From: Bacillota bacterium
Lineage (GTDB): Bacteria > Bacillota > Clostridia > Ch29
Assembly (NCBI GenBank): GCA_013540605.1
Contig: JABVCK010000002.1
Location: forward strand, 32,339-96,338
Reading direction: 5' to 3'
DNA: 64,000 bases
Of this stretch, positions 45,243 through 61,842 are shown in pieces. Under the pieces are notes generated by a model. That model saw only the letters and a program-made list of their open reading frames with translations, was not told the origin of the DNA and did not search any database. The translations under genes were made by a program, and so were the position numbers. Position 1 is the stretch's first letter. Each line of letters starts with the position of its first letter.

Positions 45243-47309
45243 ATGGCAACAGCTAATGACAAAAACTGCAGAGCGAGGAAGGTAAGCACATCCTGTACCC
45301 TTGACTGCTGGGATGCCTGCTCTATTATTGCAGACGTGGACGGTAACAGAATTGTGTCTATAGCCGGCAATCCAGACAATCATGTAACAGGAGTTTTTTT
45401 GTGCTCAAAGGGCAAGAAACACATAGAAATGCTCAACAGCCCCGAACGGCTGCGCAAGCCTATGTATAGAACCGCGGAGGGATGGACGGATATTGACTGG
45501 GATATGGCCCTTGATTTGGTCGCAGACAAGCTGCAAGCCCTGCGCTCCCGGTACCCTACCACAGCCCTGCTGCACTGTTATGACTGCGGAAACGGAGGGC
45601 TGCTCAAGGGTATCGACAGGAGGTTCTTCAATGCCTTCGGAGGTGCCACCGTACCGAAGGGGAGCCTCTGCTGGGGAGCCGGTATCGCCGCACAGAAATA
45701 TGACTTCGGCGATTCCCTGAGCCACGACCCGGATGATCTGCAAAATTCAAGGACCATCCTTATCTGGAGCAGAAACCCCGCTGATACCGGCGTACACCTT
45801 ATACCGTTTATTCAAAAAGCTGCGAAAAACGGCGCATACATTGTGGTTATAGACCCGCTGGAGACTGCCACCGTCAAATACGCACACCAACATATATCAC
45901 CAAAACCCGGTACCGATGGGGCTCTGGCTTTGGCAATGGCAAACGTAATCATCTCGGAAAACCTTGCGGATGATGCATACGTAGCAAAACACGTCATCGG
46001 ATTTGACAGGTTCAGCGAATATGTGAAGGAATTCACCCCCGGTATGGCTTCCGGGATTACGGGCATACCGGCTGAGGCGATAGTGTCCCTGGCGAGAAGA
46101 TACGGGACGCAAAAACCCTCATGCATACTGCTGGGTTACGGTCTTCAGAGATACAGCAACGGCGGAAACACCGTCCGCGCCATCGATGCCCTGGGCGCAA
46201 TCACGGGGAACATAGGCATTCCCGGAGGCGGAGTGAACTATGCCAATAAAAGGATCGGAAAGTATATAGATGACAGCGTCATAGATGGTGAAAGCCTGAG
46301 AAAGAATTTCAGGGAATACCCCCGCCCGCGCATGGCAAGTTTTATTGAAAACGCCGGTGACCCGCCGGTAAAAATGGTTTTCACGGCAAGGGCAAACCCG
46401 GCTACCCAGGCCATGGACAGCAACCGCCTGGCAAAGGCCTTTTCAAAGGTGGACTTCAAGGTAACAATGGACCTTTTTATGACCGATACCGCCCGCCTAT
46501 CCGACCTGGTGCTGCCGTGCAGGCATTTCCTTGAAGATGAGGATATCATCTATACCTCCATGGGACACAGCTACATAAACTACTGCAACAGAGTTGTAGA
46601 ACCCGACCCGTGGGTTCCCTCGGAGCTGTGGATATTCAACGAATTAGCCGGCAGGCTCGATCTGGAGGGGTTTCCCATACAGGATGAAAGGTGGTGGCTG
46701 GAAAGGGCCATACTTCCCCTTACCCGGCAAAAGGGTATAACCCTTGATGACCTGAAAAACGGGCCGGTACAGCTGCCCGGTATCTCTCCGGTAGCGTGGG
46801 ACAGCTTCGAATTTAAAACACCAAGCGGCAAAATAGAGCTTTACTCCGAAAGGGCCCTGGCAGACGGACATAGTCCCATACCGGTATTTAGGAATATAAA
46901 CCCAAAGCCCACCGGCAGATACCCTTATCATTTTCTGACGCCGCACCACAGGGATTCGCTCCACTCACAGCATTTTGTGCTGGCGGATGGCGGGGCGAGG
47001 CCGGTTGCTTACATAAACCCCGCCATGGCAACGGCTGAGGGTATTGAAGACGGCTCAAAGGCCCTTGTCTCCACCGAAGCGGGGAACCTGCTCTGCAGGG
47101 TGAAGGTAGACAAAAACATTAGGGAAGGCATTGTAATGGTATACGAAGGCTGGTGGATACAAAAATCCGGAGGAGTGAACCAGCTGATACCGGAACGGGA
47201 AACCGACATGGGCACCCAGGCAGCCTATAACGACTGCATGTGCAATATATCAAGGGGACTATATCAAGGGGACGGTTCTCTTGATATATATCAGCGTAAC
47301 TGCCAGTGA
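45243..47309 (+). CDS. Molybdopterin (bis-MGD) oxidoreductase family protein
   Basis: 688 aa; N-terminal Cys cluster CTLDCWDACS…C (4Fe-4S Mo/W-bisMGD type), molybdopterin oxidoreductase and C-terminal MopB-barrel regions. Confidence 0.8.
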   Translation: MATANDKNCRARKVSTSCTLDCWDACSIIADVDGNRIVSIAGNPDNHVTGVFLCSKGKKHIEMLNSPERLRKPMYRTAEGWTDIDWDMALDLVADKLQALRSRYPTTALLHCYDCGNGGLLKGIDRRFFNAFGGATVPKGSLCWGAGIAAQKYDFGDSLSHDPDDLQNSRTILIWSRNPADTGVHLIPFIQKAAKNGAYIVVIDPLETATVKYAHQHISPKPGTDGALALAMANVIISENLADDAYVAKHVIGFDRFSEYVKEFTPGMASGITGIPAEAIVSLARRYGTQKPSCILLGYGLQRYSNGGNTVRAIDALGAITGNIGIPGGGVNYANKRIGKYIDDSVIDGESLRKNFREYPRPRMASFIENAGDPPVKMVFTARANPATQAMDSNRLAKAFSKVDFKVTMDLFMTDTARLSDLVLPCRHFLEDEDIIYTSMGHSYINYCNRVVEPDPWVPSELWIFNELAGRLDLEGFPIQDERWWLERAILPLTRQKGITLDDLKNGPVQLPGISPVAWDSFEFKTPSGKIELYSERALADGHSPIPVFRNINPKPTGRYPYHFLTPHHRDSLHSQHFVLADGGARPVAYINPAMATAEGIEDGSKALVSTEAGNLLCRVKVDKNIREGIVMVYEGWWIQKSGGVNQLIPERETDMGTQAAYNDCMCNISRGLYQGDGSLDIYQRNCQ

Positions 47310-47325
47310 CTAGAGTGGGCTACAA

Positions 47326-48327
47326 TTAATAAATCTCCTGTATCTTTTTGATTTTCACCCCTGTATAATAGTGTTTCAGAATTTCATCATATTTATATCC
47401 CTTCTGGGCCATCCCGTCGGCGCCGTACTGGCTCATCCCAACACCATGGCCGTACCCGATGGTTGTTATCTTAACCCCGTCGTCCTCCCTTTCAATTTTG
47501 AAATTGGTGGAGTTAAGGCTGAGGGCCGCCCTCACCTCCCTGCCGCTCAGTACCTTATTGCCTATCTGGACGCTGATCACCTTGCCTCCCTGGCTCACAT
47601 CCAGCACCTTAATCCCTCCGGGTATATCCTTCGCGTCAAGGCTGAGCCCATTAACCTTCGCCTTTAGCGCCTTAATAAAATCGCTCACCTTCATATCAAC
47701 CGTGGAAACCAGCTTTGGAGAGTGCTTCTCGTAAGGGCTTGCCACGCTGCGCAGATATGGTACCTTTGAGGAAAAAACCTCTTCGGAATTCTCGGTGAAA
47801 CCGCCGCTTGTCGAGTGGAAAAGCGGATCTATCGGTTCGTCGTTGTACACAAGAATCAAGCCCCGCGTGTCCTCAACCGCCTTAGAAACCCTGTCAAAAT
47901 ACTTCCTATACCCAAACATGCCAAACTGCTTCTTCAGGTTGTTTCTGAACTGTTCCTCAGAAATCCAAGCCTGGCAGTGGGTCGAATCAGTGCAGACATC
48001 AACGTCCGGATGGTCTATGTTTGGTTTTCCTCCCAGGAGTTCCATCCTTTTAACCGTATAGGTCCTTGCTGCAATTGCCTGTGCCTTGAGCGCCTCTATA
48101 TGAAAGCTGGCAGGCATCTCTGCCGCAACGACGCCCTTTATGTATTCCTCGAGATCCACCTTCTTTATCATCTTATCCTGATGCATATAAAGGGTCACCT
48201 CAATGGGCTGCTCGTCTATGTACCCTTTTTCGGGCTTGGAGAACATATCGCATCCCTGGGTAATAAACACAGGCAGAAGTATAGTTATAAAAAAAATGAA
48301 AACGATTACGTATACTATTGTTTTCAA
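47326..48327 (-). CDS. spoIID: Stage II sporulation protein D (SpoIID lytic transglycosylase)
   Basis: 333 aa; N-terminal TM; …YIKGVVAAEMPASFHIEALKAQAIAARTY…YGHGVGMSQYGA…. Confidence 0.9.
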   Translation of the reverse strand: MKTIVYVIVFIFFITILLPVFITQGCDMFSKPEKGYIDEQPIEVTLYMHQDKMIKKVDLEEYIKGVVAAEMPASFHIEALKAQAIAARTYTVKRMELLGGKPNIDHPDVDVCTDSTHCQAWISEEQFRNNLKKQFGMFGYRKYFDRVSKAVEDTRGLILVYNDEPIDPLFHSTSGGFTENSEEVFSSKVPYLRSVASPYEKHSPKLVSTVDMKVSDFIKALKAKVNGLSLDAKDIPGGIKVLDVSQGGKVISVQIGNKVLSGREVRAALSLNSTNFKIEREDDGVKITTIGYGHGVGMSQYGADGMAQKGYKYDEILKHYYTGVKIKKIQEIY

Positions 48328-48449
48328 CCCCCACTGCCCCCCTTCTGTATAGGTCCTCCTAAAATTCTATTTATATTCTGAATTAAATATTACACCGTAT
48401 TTTTTGCTATTTTATGGACATAATACCGAATGGAGGTGATAAATAGGAT

Positions 48450-49259
48450 ATGAGTCTCAGGAAAAGATTTGACAGGGAAAAATTTTTGGCTGTCATCAAC
48501 AGGGATAGCTTTTATTTAGTATTATTTCTGTGTTTGGTGTTGCTGGCTACCACAGCCATCTGGGTGACAAGGAACAATCTGAGGTTCTTCAGTGAAAACG
48601 ACATGTACCCCGGGGAAGGCGAGATACTTGAGGACTACCAGATTGAAGAGCTTCCGGATGCTGAAGAGGAGCAGGCAGTCAGAACGGGGACCGGTGAAAC
48701 GGCTCAAGAGGATGCTAAGCCTCTGGATGGCGCCGGCGAGAACACCGGAAAGACAGCAGAACAGGAAAGTGCGAATAAAACCACAGGGAGCACAGGGCAG
48801 CAGGATCCTATAACAACTTCACAGCCCCAAAATTCCGCTGCTGCGCAGGAGCGAATGATAATGCCCCTGGTGGGAAAGGTGATTGTAGACTTTGGCAAAG
48901 ACAGCCTGGTCTATTCAAAAACACTGGAGCAGTGGACCACACACTACGGTATTGACATTGCAGCAAAGGTAGGAACCCCTGTAAAGGCAGTCTTGTCAGG
49001 AACAGTAACAAAGATAGAAACTGACCCCCTGCTGGGTATCATGATAACCATTGACCATGGCGGCGGTCTTCAAACACGTTATGCAAACCTCCAGAATAAC
49101 AACATGGTCAAAGAAGGTCAGTACGTCGAGAAGGGGAAAGTAATAAGCGGCGTGGGGACCAGCGCGGAGTTTGAAATAGGTGATGAGCCCCACCTGCACT
49201 TTGAGGTTCTAAAAAACGGCGAGCACCAGAACCCCAAGCTCTATTTGCCAAATATGTAA
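48450..49259 (+). CDS. spoIIQ: M23/LytM-family peptidase with N-terminal TM anchor, SpoIIQ-like
   Basis: 269 aa; TM FYLVLFLCLVLLATTAIWV; M23 domain with intact HxxxD (HYGIDIA) and HxH (HLHFEV); divergent from spoIID as spoIIQ commonly is in Clostridia. Confidence 0.55.
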   Translation: MSLRKRFDREKFLAVINRDSFYLVLFLCLVLLATTAIWVTRNNLRFFSENDMYPGEGEILEDYQIEELPDAEEEQAVRTGTGETAQEDAKPLDGAGENTGKTAEQESANKTTGSTGQQDPITTSQPQNSAAAQERMIMPLVGKVIVDFGKDSLVYSKTLEQWTTHYGIDIAAKVGTPVKAVLSGTVTKIETDPLLGIMITIDHGGGLQTRYANLQNNNMVKEGQYVEKGKVISGVGTSAEFEIGDEPHLHFEVLKNGEHQNPKLYLPNM

Positions 49260-49263
49260 ATTT

Positions 49264-49291
49264 TGTAGCCCACCCTTAAGGGTGGGCTACA
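49264..49291. terminator. Bidirectional intrinsic terminator between spoIIQ-like and murA
   Basis: Perfect palindrome TGTAGCCCACCC TTAA GGGTGGGCTACA flanked by T-runs on both strands. Confidence 0.75.
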
Positions 49292-49313
49292 AAATTACAA
49301 AATTCATGTCCCA

Positions 49314-50564
49314 TTAGATTCTGTATACTTTGGCTCCAAGGTTTTGGAATTTCTTTTCAATGTCTATATAGCCCCTGTCTATATGGTGTGTCTCATTGAT
49401 TTCAGTAATGCCGTCAGCCACAAGTCCGGCAAGTATCAAAGCCGCACCGGCCCTCAGGTCGGTGGCCTTCACCCTGGCTCCGGTGAGCTTCGGTACCCCC
49501 TGTATCACCGCGCTTCTGCCATCTATTTTAATATTGGCACCCATTCTTCTCAACTCATTGACATGCATAAACCTATTATCGAAAACAGTTTCTATGAATA
49601 CGCTTGTTCCCTGAGCCACGCTCGTCAGGGCCATCATCTGGGCCTGCATGTCCGTCGGAAAACCGGGGTAGGGCAGTGTTTTAATATCAATGGAATTGAC
49701 CCTTTCCGGGGCGTAAACCCTCAACCCGCTGGGCACCTCCTCTACAAACACGCCTGCTTCCCTGAGTTTTGCTATTACCGGCATGAGATGGTTCGTTACT
49801 ATGTTCTCTACTATAATATCTCCGTTTGTTATTGCCCCCGCAACCATATAGGTACCCGCTTCTATCCTATCCGGAATGACCGTGTGGTTGGCCCCTGTGA
49901 GCTCATCCACACCCTCTATCTTGATTGTGTCGGTACCGGCGCCCTTGACGTTCCCTCCCATTTTATTGATAAAGTTGGCCAAGTCAACTATTTCCGGTTC
50001 CTCCGCAGCGTTTTCTATTACTGTTCTTCCATCGGCAAGGGCCGCAGCCATCATGATGTTCTCGGTAGCTCCAACGCTGGGAAAATCCAGGTATATCCTC
50101 TCACCACGGAGTCTATCCGCCCTCGCTTCGATATACCCATGGCCAAAGTTGATCTCCGCTCCCATGGCGCTGAACCCTTTAAGGTGCAAATCGATGGGCC
50201 TTGTTCCGATTGCGCATCCTCCCGGGAGCGATATCCTCGCTTCTCCCATCCTGGCAAGCATGGGTCCGATAACCAAAAATGAAGCCCGCATACGTCTAAC
50301 CAGCTCATACGGGGCTTCATAATTGTCGATGTCCCTCGAGTTAACCTCTATCCTGCCGCTCGAGATCCTCTTTATATCCGCCCCCAGTGAAACCAGAACC
50401 TCACACATAACCTCCACGTCGTCAAGCATTGGTACGTCATCCAGAATGCACTTATCGTTTGATAGAAGGCTGGCCGCAATAATGGGAAGCACGGCATTCT
50501 TCGCACCGCTTATTCTGACAGTTCCCCTAAGGGGAGAGCTGTTTTCTACTATAATTCTTGGCAA
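49314..50564 (-). CDS. murA: UDP-N-acetylglucosamine 1-carboxyvinyltransferase MurA
   Basis: 416 aa; …[21 protein letters not shown]…[14 protein letters not shown]…. Confidence 0.95.
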   Translation of the reverse strand: MPRIIVENSSPLRGTVRISGAKNAVLPIIAASLLSNDKCILDDVPMLDDVEVMCEVLVSLGADIKRISSGRIEVNSRDIDNYEAPYELVRRMRASFLVIGPMLARMGEARISLPGGCAIGTRPIDLHLKGFSAMGAEINFGHGYIEARADRLRGERIYLDFPSVGATENIMMAAALADGRTVIENAAEEPEIVDLANFINKMGGNVKGAGTDTIKIEGVDELTGANHTVIPDRIEAGTYMVAGAITNGDIIVENIVTNHLMPVIAKLREAGVFVEEVPSGLRVYAPERVNSIDIKTLPYPGFPTDMQAQMMALTSVAQGTSVFIETVFDNRFMHVNELRRMGANIKIDGRSAVIQGVPKLTGARVKATDLRAGAALILAGLVADGITEINETHHIDRGYIDIEKKFQNLGAKVYRI

Positions 50565-50611
50565 TTTATATCCTCCGTTCCTGACACTTTATATCCTTCG
50601 TTCCTGATACA

Positions 50612-51391
50612 TTAATATTCAACAGATATTATTGGTGAGCCCAGCCATATATAAGTTTTATCTTCATATGAATTATACCGCATTGCAATGTTCATATTTA
50701 TCTTATTCCGTCCCATCTCAATGTGCCTCCCTATCCTTGGCGTATAGGCGGAAACGCTGACCATTCCGTCATATATAGCCCTCTCAACCTCTGTGGCCTC
50801 CACGCTGTCCAATACTGAAGCGATAATTTCATCCTTATCTTTATCGGGAACCTCATCCTCGTACCTTCCTATGATACAGGACGTTACCCTGGCCCCCTTT
50901 ATAAATTTATTGACAGCCCTTTCCATAACCTTTTCAATCACTGCAAGGCTTTCATACTGTCCGCCGGTGGAAACGTCCAATACAATATCCGTCTCACTTC
51001 CCCCGCTGCTTTCCTCCACGTTTGAAAAGTCCATTGAGTTCACTATGATAACCACCGTATATCCCAGCAGGTTCTGCCCAATCAGAGAAATCTGGTTATA
51101 GTCGTCGCTGTAGTTCTCTATCTTCTCGCTTGTTTCATAATCGACTTCCATTTCATATGCAAGGGACTTTACTATGCTTCTGGCTTCTTCCCCGTTTAAG
51201 AACATCCCCTCTTGGGCTGAATAGACATTGATATTGGCTTCCACTGCTTGTGCGCCCGAAACCCTGAATGCCTCTTCCAGGGTGCTGTCATCCAGCCTGT
51301 AGTAATTGAAAACGTTTCTTGCGGGTATAAATAATAAAAGAGCGCCGGATAGTATGATTATTAAATAAAACAAATTCCTGTTCTTTCCCAA
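50612..51391 (-). CDS. YwmB-like protein (TATA-box-binding-like fold family, DUF1779)
   Basis: Start TTG after GGGAGG; signal anchor; position between atpC and murA as ywmB in Bacillus. Confidence 0.55.
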   Translation of the reverse strand: MGKNRNLFYLIIILSGALLLFIPARNVFNYYRLDDSTLEEAFRVSGAQAVEANINVYSAQEGMFLNGEEARSIVKSLAYEMEVDYETSEKIENYSDDYNQISLIGQNLLGYTVVIIVNSMDFSNVEESSGGSETDIVLDVSTGGQYESLAVIEKVMERAVNKFIKGARVTSCIIGRYEDEVPDKDKDEIIASVLDSVEATEVERAIYDGMVSVSAYTPRIGRHIEMGRNKINMNIAMRYNSYEDKTYIWLGSPIISVEY

Positions 51392-51600
51392 CGATACAAC
51401 CTCCCGAATTAGTATGCTTTCTGAAGTGTTGCCAAAATCCGGCGGTTGTATACCCAAACCTGCGCCTTGCTTTACATCCCTTTATTCATAGTATTTGAAA
51501 AACAAACATATCCGTATACTCTTTTTGTTTTTGTAAAACTTGCCTCAATGGGCATCTAAGTTAAAATGATACTACTTTTTTGAAAAATATCAATAGGCTT

Positions 51601-51870
51601 TTATGTGTTGGCAGAAGTTTCCGCTGAGCTTACGATGATCGTGACCGCCTCAGGTTTTACTTCCATAAAACCCTGGGATAAAACAGCTTCTTTCTGTTCG
51701 TTGTCTTCGGTTCTAATCTTCAGCACCCCGGGCAGAAGAGAAGTAACAAGGGGCGTGTGGTCATAGAATACACTCAGGTACCCCTCCGAGCCCCGAAGGG
51801 TTATACCGGCTGCCTTGCCTTCAAAGAAAACCTTTTCCGGAGTTACTACTCTTACATCAATAGGCTTCAA
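51601..51870 (-). CDS. atpC: F1 ATP synthase epsilon subunit, N-terminal beta-sandwich only (C-terminal helical domain absent)
   Basis: 89 aa; …VVTPEKVFFEGKAAGITLRGSEGYLSVFYDHTPLVTSL…; stop after ~89 residues where typical epsilon has ~135. Confidence 0.8.
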   Translation of the reverse strand: MKPIDVRVVTPEKVFFEGKAAGITLRGSEGYLSVFYDHTPLVTSLLPGVLKIRTEDNEQKEAVLSQGFMEVKPEAVTIIVSSAETSANT

Positions 51871-51871
51871 G

Positions 51872-56219
<4,348 letters not shown>

Positions 56220-56223
<4 letters not shown>

Positions 56224-56717
56224 GATACCCTTCCCACCTCATCAATAAACTCCCTTACCATACGGCGGTTTTCACTGCTGTCAAGGTTTTGCCTTATCAG
56301 TTTTGATGCGGACCCTATAGCCGCTCCTACTATATATTCTTTGGCTTCGGAGATTGCCTTTTCCCTTTCAAGCTCAATCTCCTTCCTGGCCCTCCGGATT
56401 ATGGCCTCCGCTTCCTCCCTGGCTTCCTTCAATATTTCAGCCTTGCGCTTTTCCGCCCTTTCCGCCGCATCTCTGAAGGCCCTTTCGGCTTCCCTTTCAA
56501 TATCCCTGACCCTTTCCGCATATGTTTGCTTCAGCTGGTCTGCCTGCCTGTTCTTTTCCTCCGCTTCCCGCAGCGCGCCCTCAATCTTCTTCCTGCGCTC
56601 CCTCATAAAATCCGAAACCCGCCTGAACAATAGTTTCCTGAGTAAAACGAAGAGCAGCAGGGTGTTCAACAGCTGAAAGACCATGTTTATATCAATGCCG
56701 ACCAGTTCTGCTCTCAT
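56220..56717 (-). CDS. atpF: ATP synthase Fo b subunit
   Basis: 165 aa; N-terminal TM then long charged coiled coil. Confidence 0.85.
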
Positions 56718-56741
56718 AGTCTTATCCTCCCCGAATTGCAG

Positions 56742-57029
<288 letters not shown>

Positions 57030-57033
57030 TTAA

Positions 57034-58539
<1,506 letters not shown>

Positions 58540-58550
<11 letters not shown>

Positions 58551-58902
58551 GAATATTATTTACCAGTATCACTAATTTAATTAATAATAATCCGATTATG
58601 GTTCCCACTATATTTATGTGGTCTTTAACTATCGATAGATACAGCACTCCTCCTGTCAAAAAATACCTGAACGCATACCGGTAAGCAGCATATGCAGCAG
58701 CCCTTCTTGGCTCCATCCTGACCGCCCTTTCCAGAGTCAGGGAGAGCAGCCTGAAATTCAGGACAGAAAAAAGCACCCCAAGGGTGAGGCCGGCGAACAT
58801 ACCTGTGAAATCCGGTAATACCAAAGCCAGGGGTGCTGCCAGTATATAAAGGATGAACACCTTTGCTGTGATGCTCCTGTTCAGATCACGGGTGTACGGC
58901 AT
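58540..58902 (-). CDS. atpI: ATP synthase protein I (AtpI)
   Basis: 120 aa, 4 TM, upstream of atpB. Confidence 0.7.
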
Positions 58903-58908
58903 TAAGGG

Positions 58909-59136
58909 TCACTTCCTTTTGGTTTCCCTGTATGCTATATGATACAGGTTCCTGAAGGCCGACAGGACGCCTATTATGCTGAAAATCAACAGGAAAATGC
59001 TGTTGGTGCCCACCGCTTTGTCAATGTACCTGCCCACAATGACTCCAAAGATAATGGGCAAGGCCATCGACAGGCCCAACTGGGTTATCAGCGCAATGTA
59101 CTTAAGGGCTCCCATGTCCCTTCCCATAGCCTTCAC
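58909..59136 (-). CDS. AtpZ/AtpR-type small membrane protein of ATP synthase operons
   Basis: 75 aa, two TM helices, …LGLSMALPIIFGVIVGRYIDKAVGTNSIFLLIFSIIGVLSAF…. Confidence 0.65.
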   Translation of the reverse strand: MKAMGRDMGALKYIALITQLGLSMALPIIFGVIVGRYIDKAVGTNSIFLLIFSIIGVLSAFRNLYHIAYRETKRK

Positions 59137-59199
59137 CTCAATACTTCTTAGTTTATCCCTAATATTACCTTTTATTATACAATATTATGTATATATTAC

Positions 59200-59335
59200 A
59201 TATGGGACAATGGGACAATGGGGACGGTTCTCTTTGTCCCACTATTATGTTAACCAAGTGGGACAAGGCACCTGTCCCCGTGTCCCGCCGCCCCCCGCCC
59301 GTGTCCCGCCCCTGTCCCGCCCACCAAAAATCAAA
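59200..59335. repeat. GGGACA/TGTCCC-rich repeat region upstream of histidine kinase gene
   Basis: ATGGGACAATGGGACAATGGGGACGG…TGTCCCAC…GTGGGACAAGGCACCTGTCCCCGTGTCCCGCCGCCCCCCGCCCGTGTCCCGCCCCTGTCCCGCCC; contains inverted repeat GGGACAAGGCACCTGTCCC. Confidence 0.75.
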
Positions 59336-59430
59336 AGAGTTTTCTTGCCCTTTTATTAATAAAGTCGAAATTTGTGATAAAATAATTATAATTAACAGAT
59401 GTGCCTGCTTCAGTATAGGGGTTAGGGGGA

Positions 59431-61815
59431 ATGCAGGTGAGGTATTCAATTGTATATAAAATTATCAGTATATTCTTAATTCTGGGAATAATACCCATGC
59501 TAATTTTGAACTACACTTTCACCGTAGACAGCCGTAAGGCCAGCCAGGCATTAATCAGGGAGAGCCTTGAGAAGCTGGTTAAGGAAAAGAGCCAGGTCCT
59601 GGACCTGACCTTCAGGCATATTGAAAAGGAAGCGGAAAACCTCGGGACATGGATGGAGCATTATCTTTCCGCAGGCATCTCCGGGAAAGAAATGTCCGAA
59701 ATCAGGGATCAGTATTCCAGGGATCCAAGGGGGGTCTTAACCAGAGAGGCATACTATGAAAATCTTAAGCTTGTGGGTAAGAGCAGCGATATCTCCAACC
59801 TGTTCCTGCCGAGAAATAAAATTCTGAATGAAGAAATCATGAACGAAATTGCCGCCAGCCATAGAATGGAGAAATATTTCAAAAAAGTCCGGGATGAGAA
59901 CCCACCCGTTGAATGGATATATGTCATTACAAAAAACAACATGATAAGAATTTACCCTTTTACCAGTGTCGGTACATTCGAGCCGGACCACACTTTCGAG
60001 AATGACATATACTATTACATTGCAACCGAAAAACACAACCCGCTGAAAAAAGCCGTCTGGACCAAGCCGTATTTCGACTGGTGCGGAAAAGGATGGATGG
60101 TTACCTGTTCCTATCCATTATATCTAAACGATGAATTCGCCGGTGTGGTTTCCATAGATGTTACCCTGGACGCGATAAGCAAGACCATTGCGGATTTCCA
60201 TATTGCAGAATCCGGGTTCGCCTTTTTGCTGGACAAGGAAGGCAGCGTAATATACCATCCTAAGTATATCCCCCCGGCGGATTATAAAGGCCAGACCCTG
60301 TATACCAATCTATTGAAAGATACCGAAAATGATGAATACCGCCGTATTTTGCAGCATATGATCAGCGGCAAAAGCGGCTACGACGAATACATAGATAGCA
60401 GGAACGGCATCAACATAAAGAAAGCCGTCGCCTATACAGGCATTGATAGTATCGGCTGGTCGATGGGGATTGAGGTTGATTCAAACGCTTATATCGGAAA
60501 CTTCAGGCAGGTTACCAGCAACCTGATCAGCCCGTTTATTTTTATCATTCCCATTATCATGGTGCTCGGCATAATTCTCTTCCACAGTGTATCAGCTCCC
60601 ATAGTCAAACTGGCAAACGATATTGATAGCATATCCAGGGGGCACTTCGGGCAAACCGTCAAAACAAATTCAAGAGACGAGATAGGCGCGCTGGCCGGCG
60701 CATTCAACAAGATGTCCGTTACCATAAAAAACTATACCGACGACCTGATTAAGGGGAAAAGGCAGATGGAAACGATATTTAACAGTATAACCGGTATACT
60801 TTTTATCAGGGACGGCAGCTACAATATAAAGATCGTAAACAGGGAAGGGGTAGAATACATCAGGCGGTACGACAAGGATCACCTGAACGGGAAATGCTAC
60901 GAAGTTTTTGCCGACAGGACAGAACCGTGCGAGAACTGCCCTGCGGACAGTACGATCAGTACATCGGAAGAAGCCAGCTCGGACATAGTATTGAACAACA
61001 GGGTTTACCGCGTCAGCAGCTACCCCGTATTCGATTATGGAAACAGGATAACTGAAATTGTGGTATTCAGGAAAGATATTACGGACGAACTTATGATAAA
61101 GAAGAAACTCGCCCAGTCGGAAAAACTTGCGGAGATAGGACAGATTACAGCAGGGGTCACCCACGAACTGAAAAATCCCATAACCGTGATTAAGGGAGCG
61201 CATTATCTGCTGACGACAATGGTCTCTGAAACTGACCTTGAACATGGGGTTAAGGACGAGATAACTGAATTGCTCGACCGTATCGGTGACAGCATCAGGC
61301 ATTCCGAGAAAACAATCTCCAACCTGCTGGATTTCTCCAGGCAGTCGGTAAAAACGGTTGAAAAGGTCAACATCGTGAGGATTATTGAACAGATACTAAT
61401 CCTTGAAAAAAACAATTTCATACACAATAATGTCGAAGTGGAAACAGAATTTGAAAACGACAATATTTGCATATACAGCAACCTTGATTCACTGAAGCAT
61501 ATTTTCCTGAATCTGGTGGCCAATGCCGTTCAGGCAATGCCTCACGGCGGGAGACTGTCCATAAGGGCAAAGAGATGCCCGGATGCCGTTAAAGAAAAAG
61601 TCATGGTCCAGATTGAGGACACGGGCTGCGGTATCCCGGAGGATCTTCAGACCAGGATATTTGATCCATTTATAACTACAAAGGACTCCGGAAAGGGTTC
61701 AGGTCTTGGATTATGGATTGTAAAAAACGAGATTAACCGGCATAATGGCGAAATAATGCTGGACAGTATGCCAGGGAAAGGCAGCTGTTTTACGATAATC
61801 TTTCCGGTCAGGTAA
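59431..61815 (+). CDS. Sensor histidine kinase: TM - periplasmic Cache-like domain - TM - HAMP - PAS - HisKA - HATPase (NtrB-type)
   Basis: 794 aa; extracytoplasmic region with Cache hallmarks (…WTKPYFDWCGKGWMVTCSYPL…GVVSIDVTL…); H-box GVTHELKNPITVIKG; N/G boxes …LVANAVQAMPHGG… / …IEDTGCGIP…GKGSGLGL…. Confidence 0.85.
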   Translation: MQVRYSIVYKIISIFLILGIIPMLILNYTFTVDSRKASQALIRESLEKLVKEKSQVLDLTFRHIEKEAENLGTWMEHYLSAGISGKEMSEIRDQYSRDPRGVLTREAYYENLKLVGKSSDISNLFLPRNKILNEEIMNEIAASHRMEKYFKKVRDENPPVEWIYVITKNNMIRIYPFTSVGTFEPDHTFENDIYYYIATEKHNPLKKAVWTKPYFDWCGKGWMVTCSYPLYLNDEFAGVVSIDVTLDAISKTIADFHIAESGFAFLLDKEGSVIYHPKYIPPADYKGQTLYTNLLKDTENDEYRRILQHMISGKSGYDEYIDSRNGINIKKAVAYTGIDSIGWSMGIEVDSNAYIGNFRQVTSNLISPFIFIIPIIMVLGIILFHSVSAPIVKLANDIDSISRGHFGQTVKTNSRDEIGALAGAFNKMSVTIKNYTDDLIKGKRQMETIFNSITGILFIRDGSYNIKIVNREGVEYIRRYDKDHLNGKCYEVFADRTEPCENCPADSTISTSEEASSDIVLNNRVYRVSSYPVFDYGNRITEIVVFRKDITDELMIKKKLAQSEKLAEIGQITAGVTHELKNPITVIKGAHYLLTTMVSETDLEHGVKDEITELLDRIGDSIRHSEKTISNLLDFSRQSVKTVEKVNIVRIIEQILILEKNNFIHNNVEVETEFENDNICIYSNLDSLKHIFLNLVANAVQAMPHGGRLSIRAKRCPDAVKEKVMVQIEDTGCGIPEDLQTRIFDPFITTKDSGKGSGLGLWIVKNEINRHNGEIMLDSMPGKGSCFTIIFPVR

Positions 61816-61842
61816 CTTCAATCAAGGCAGGGGGTATTTCAA

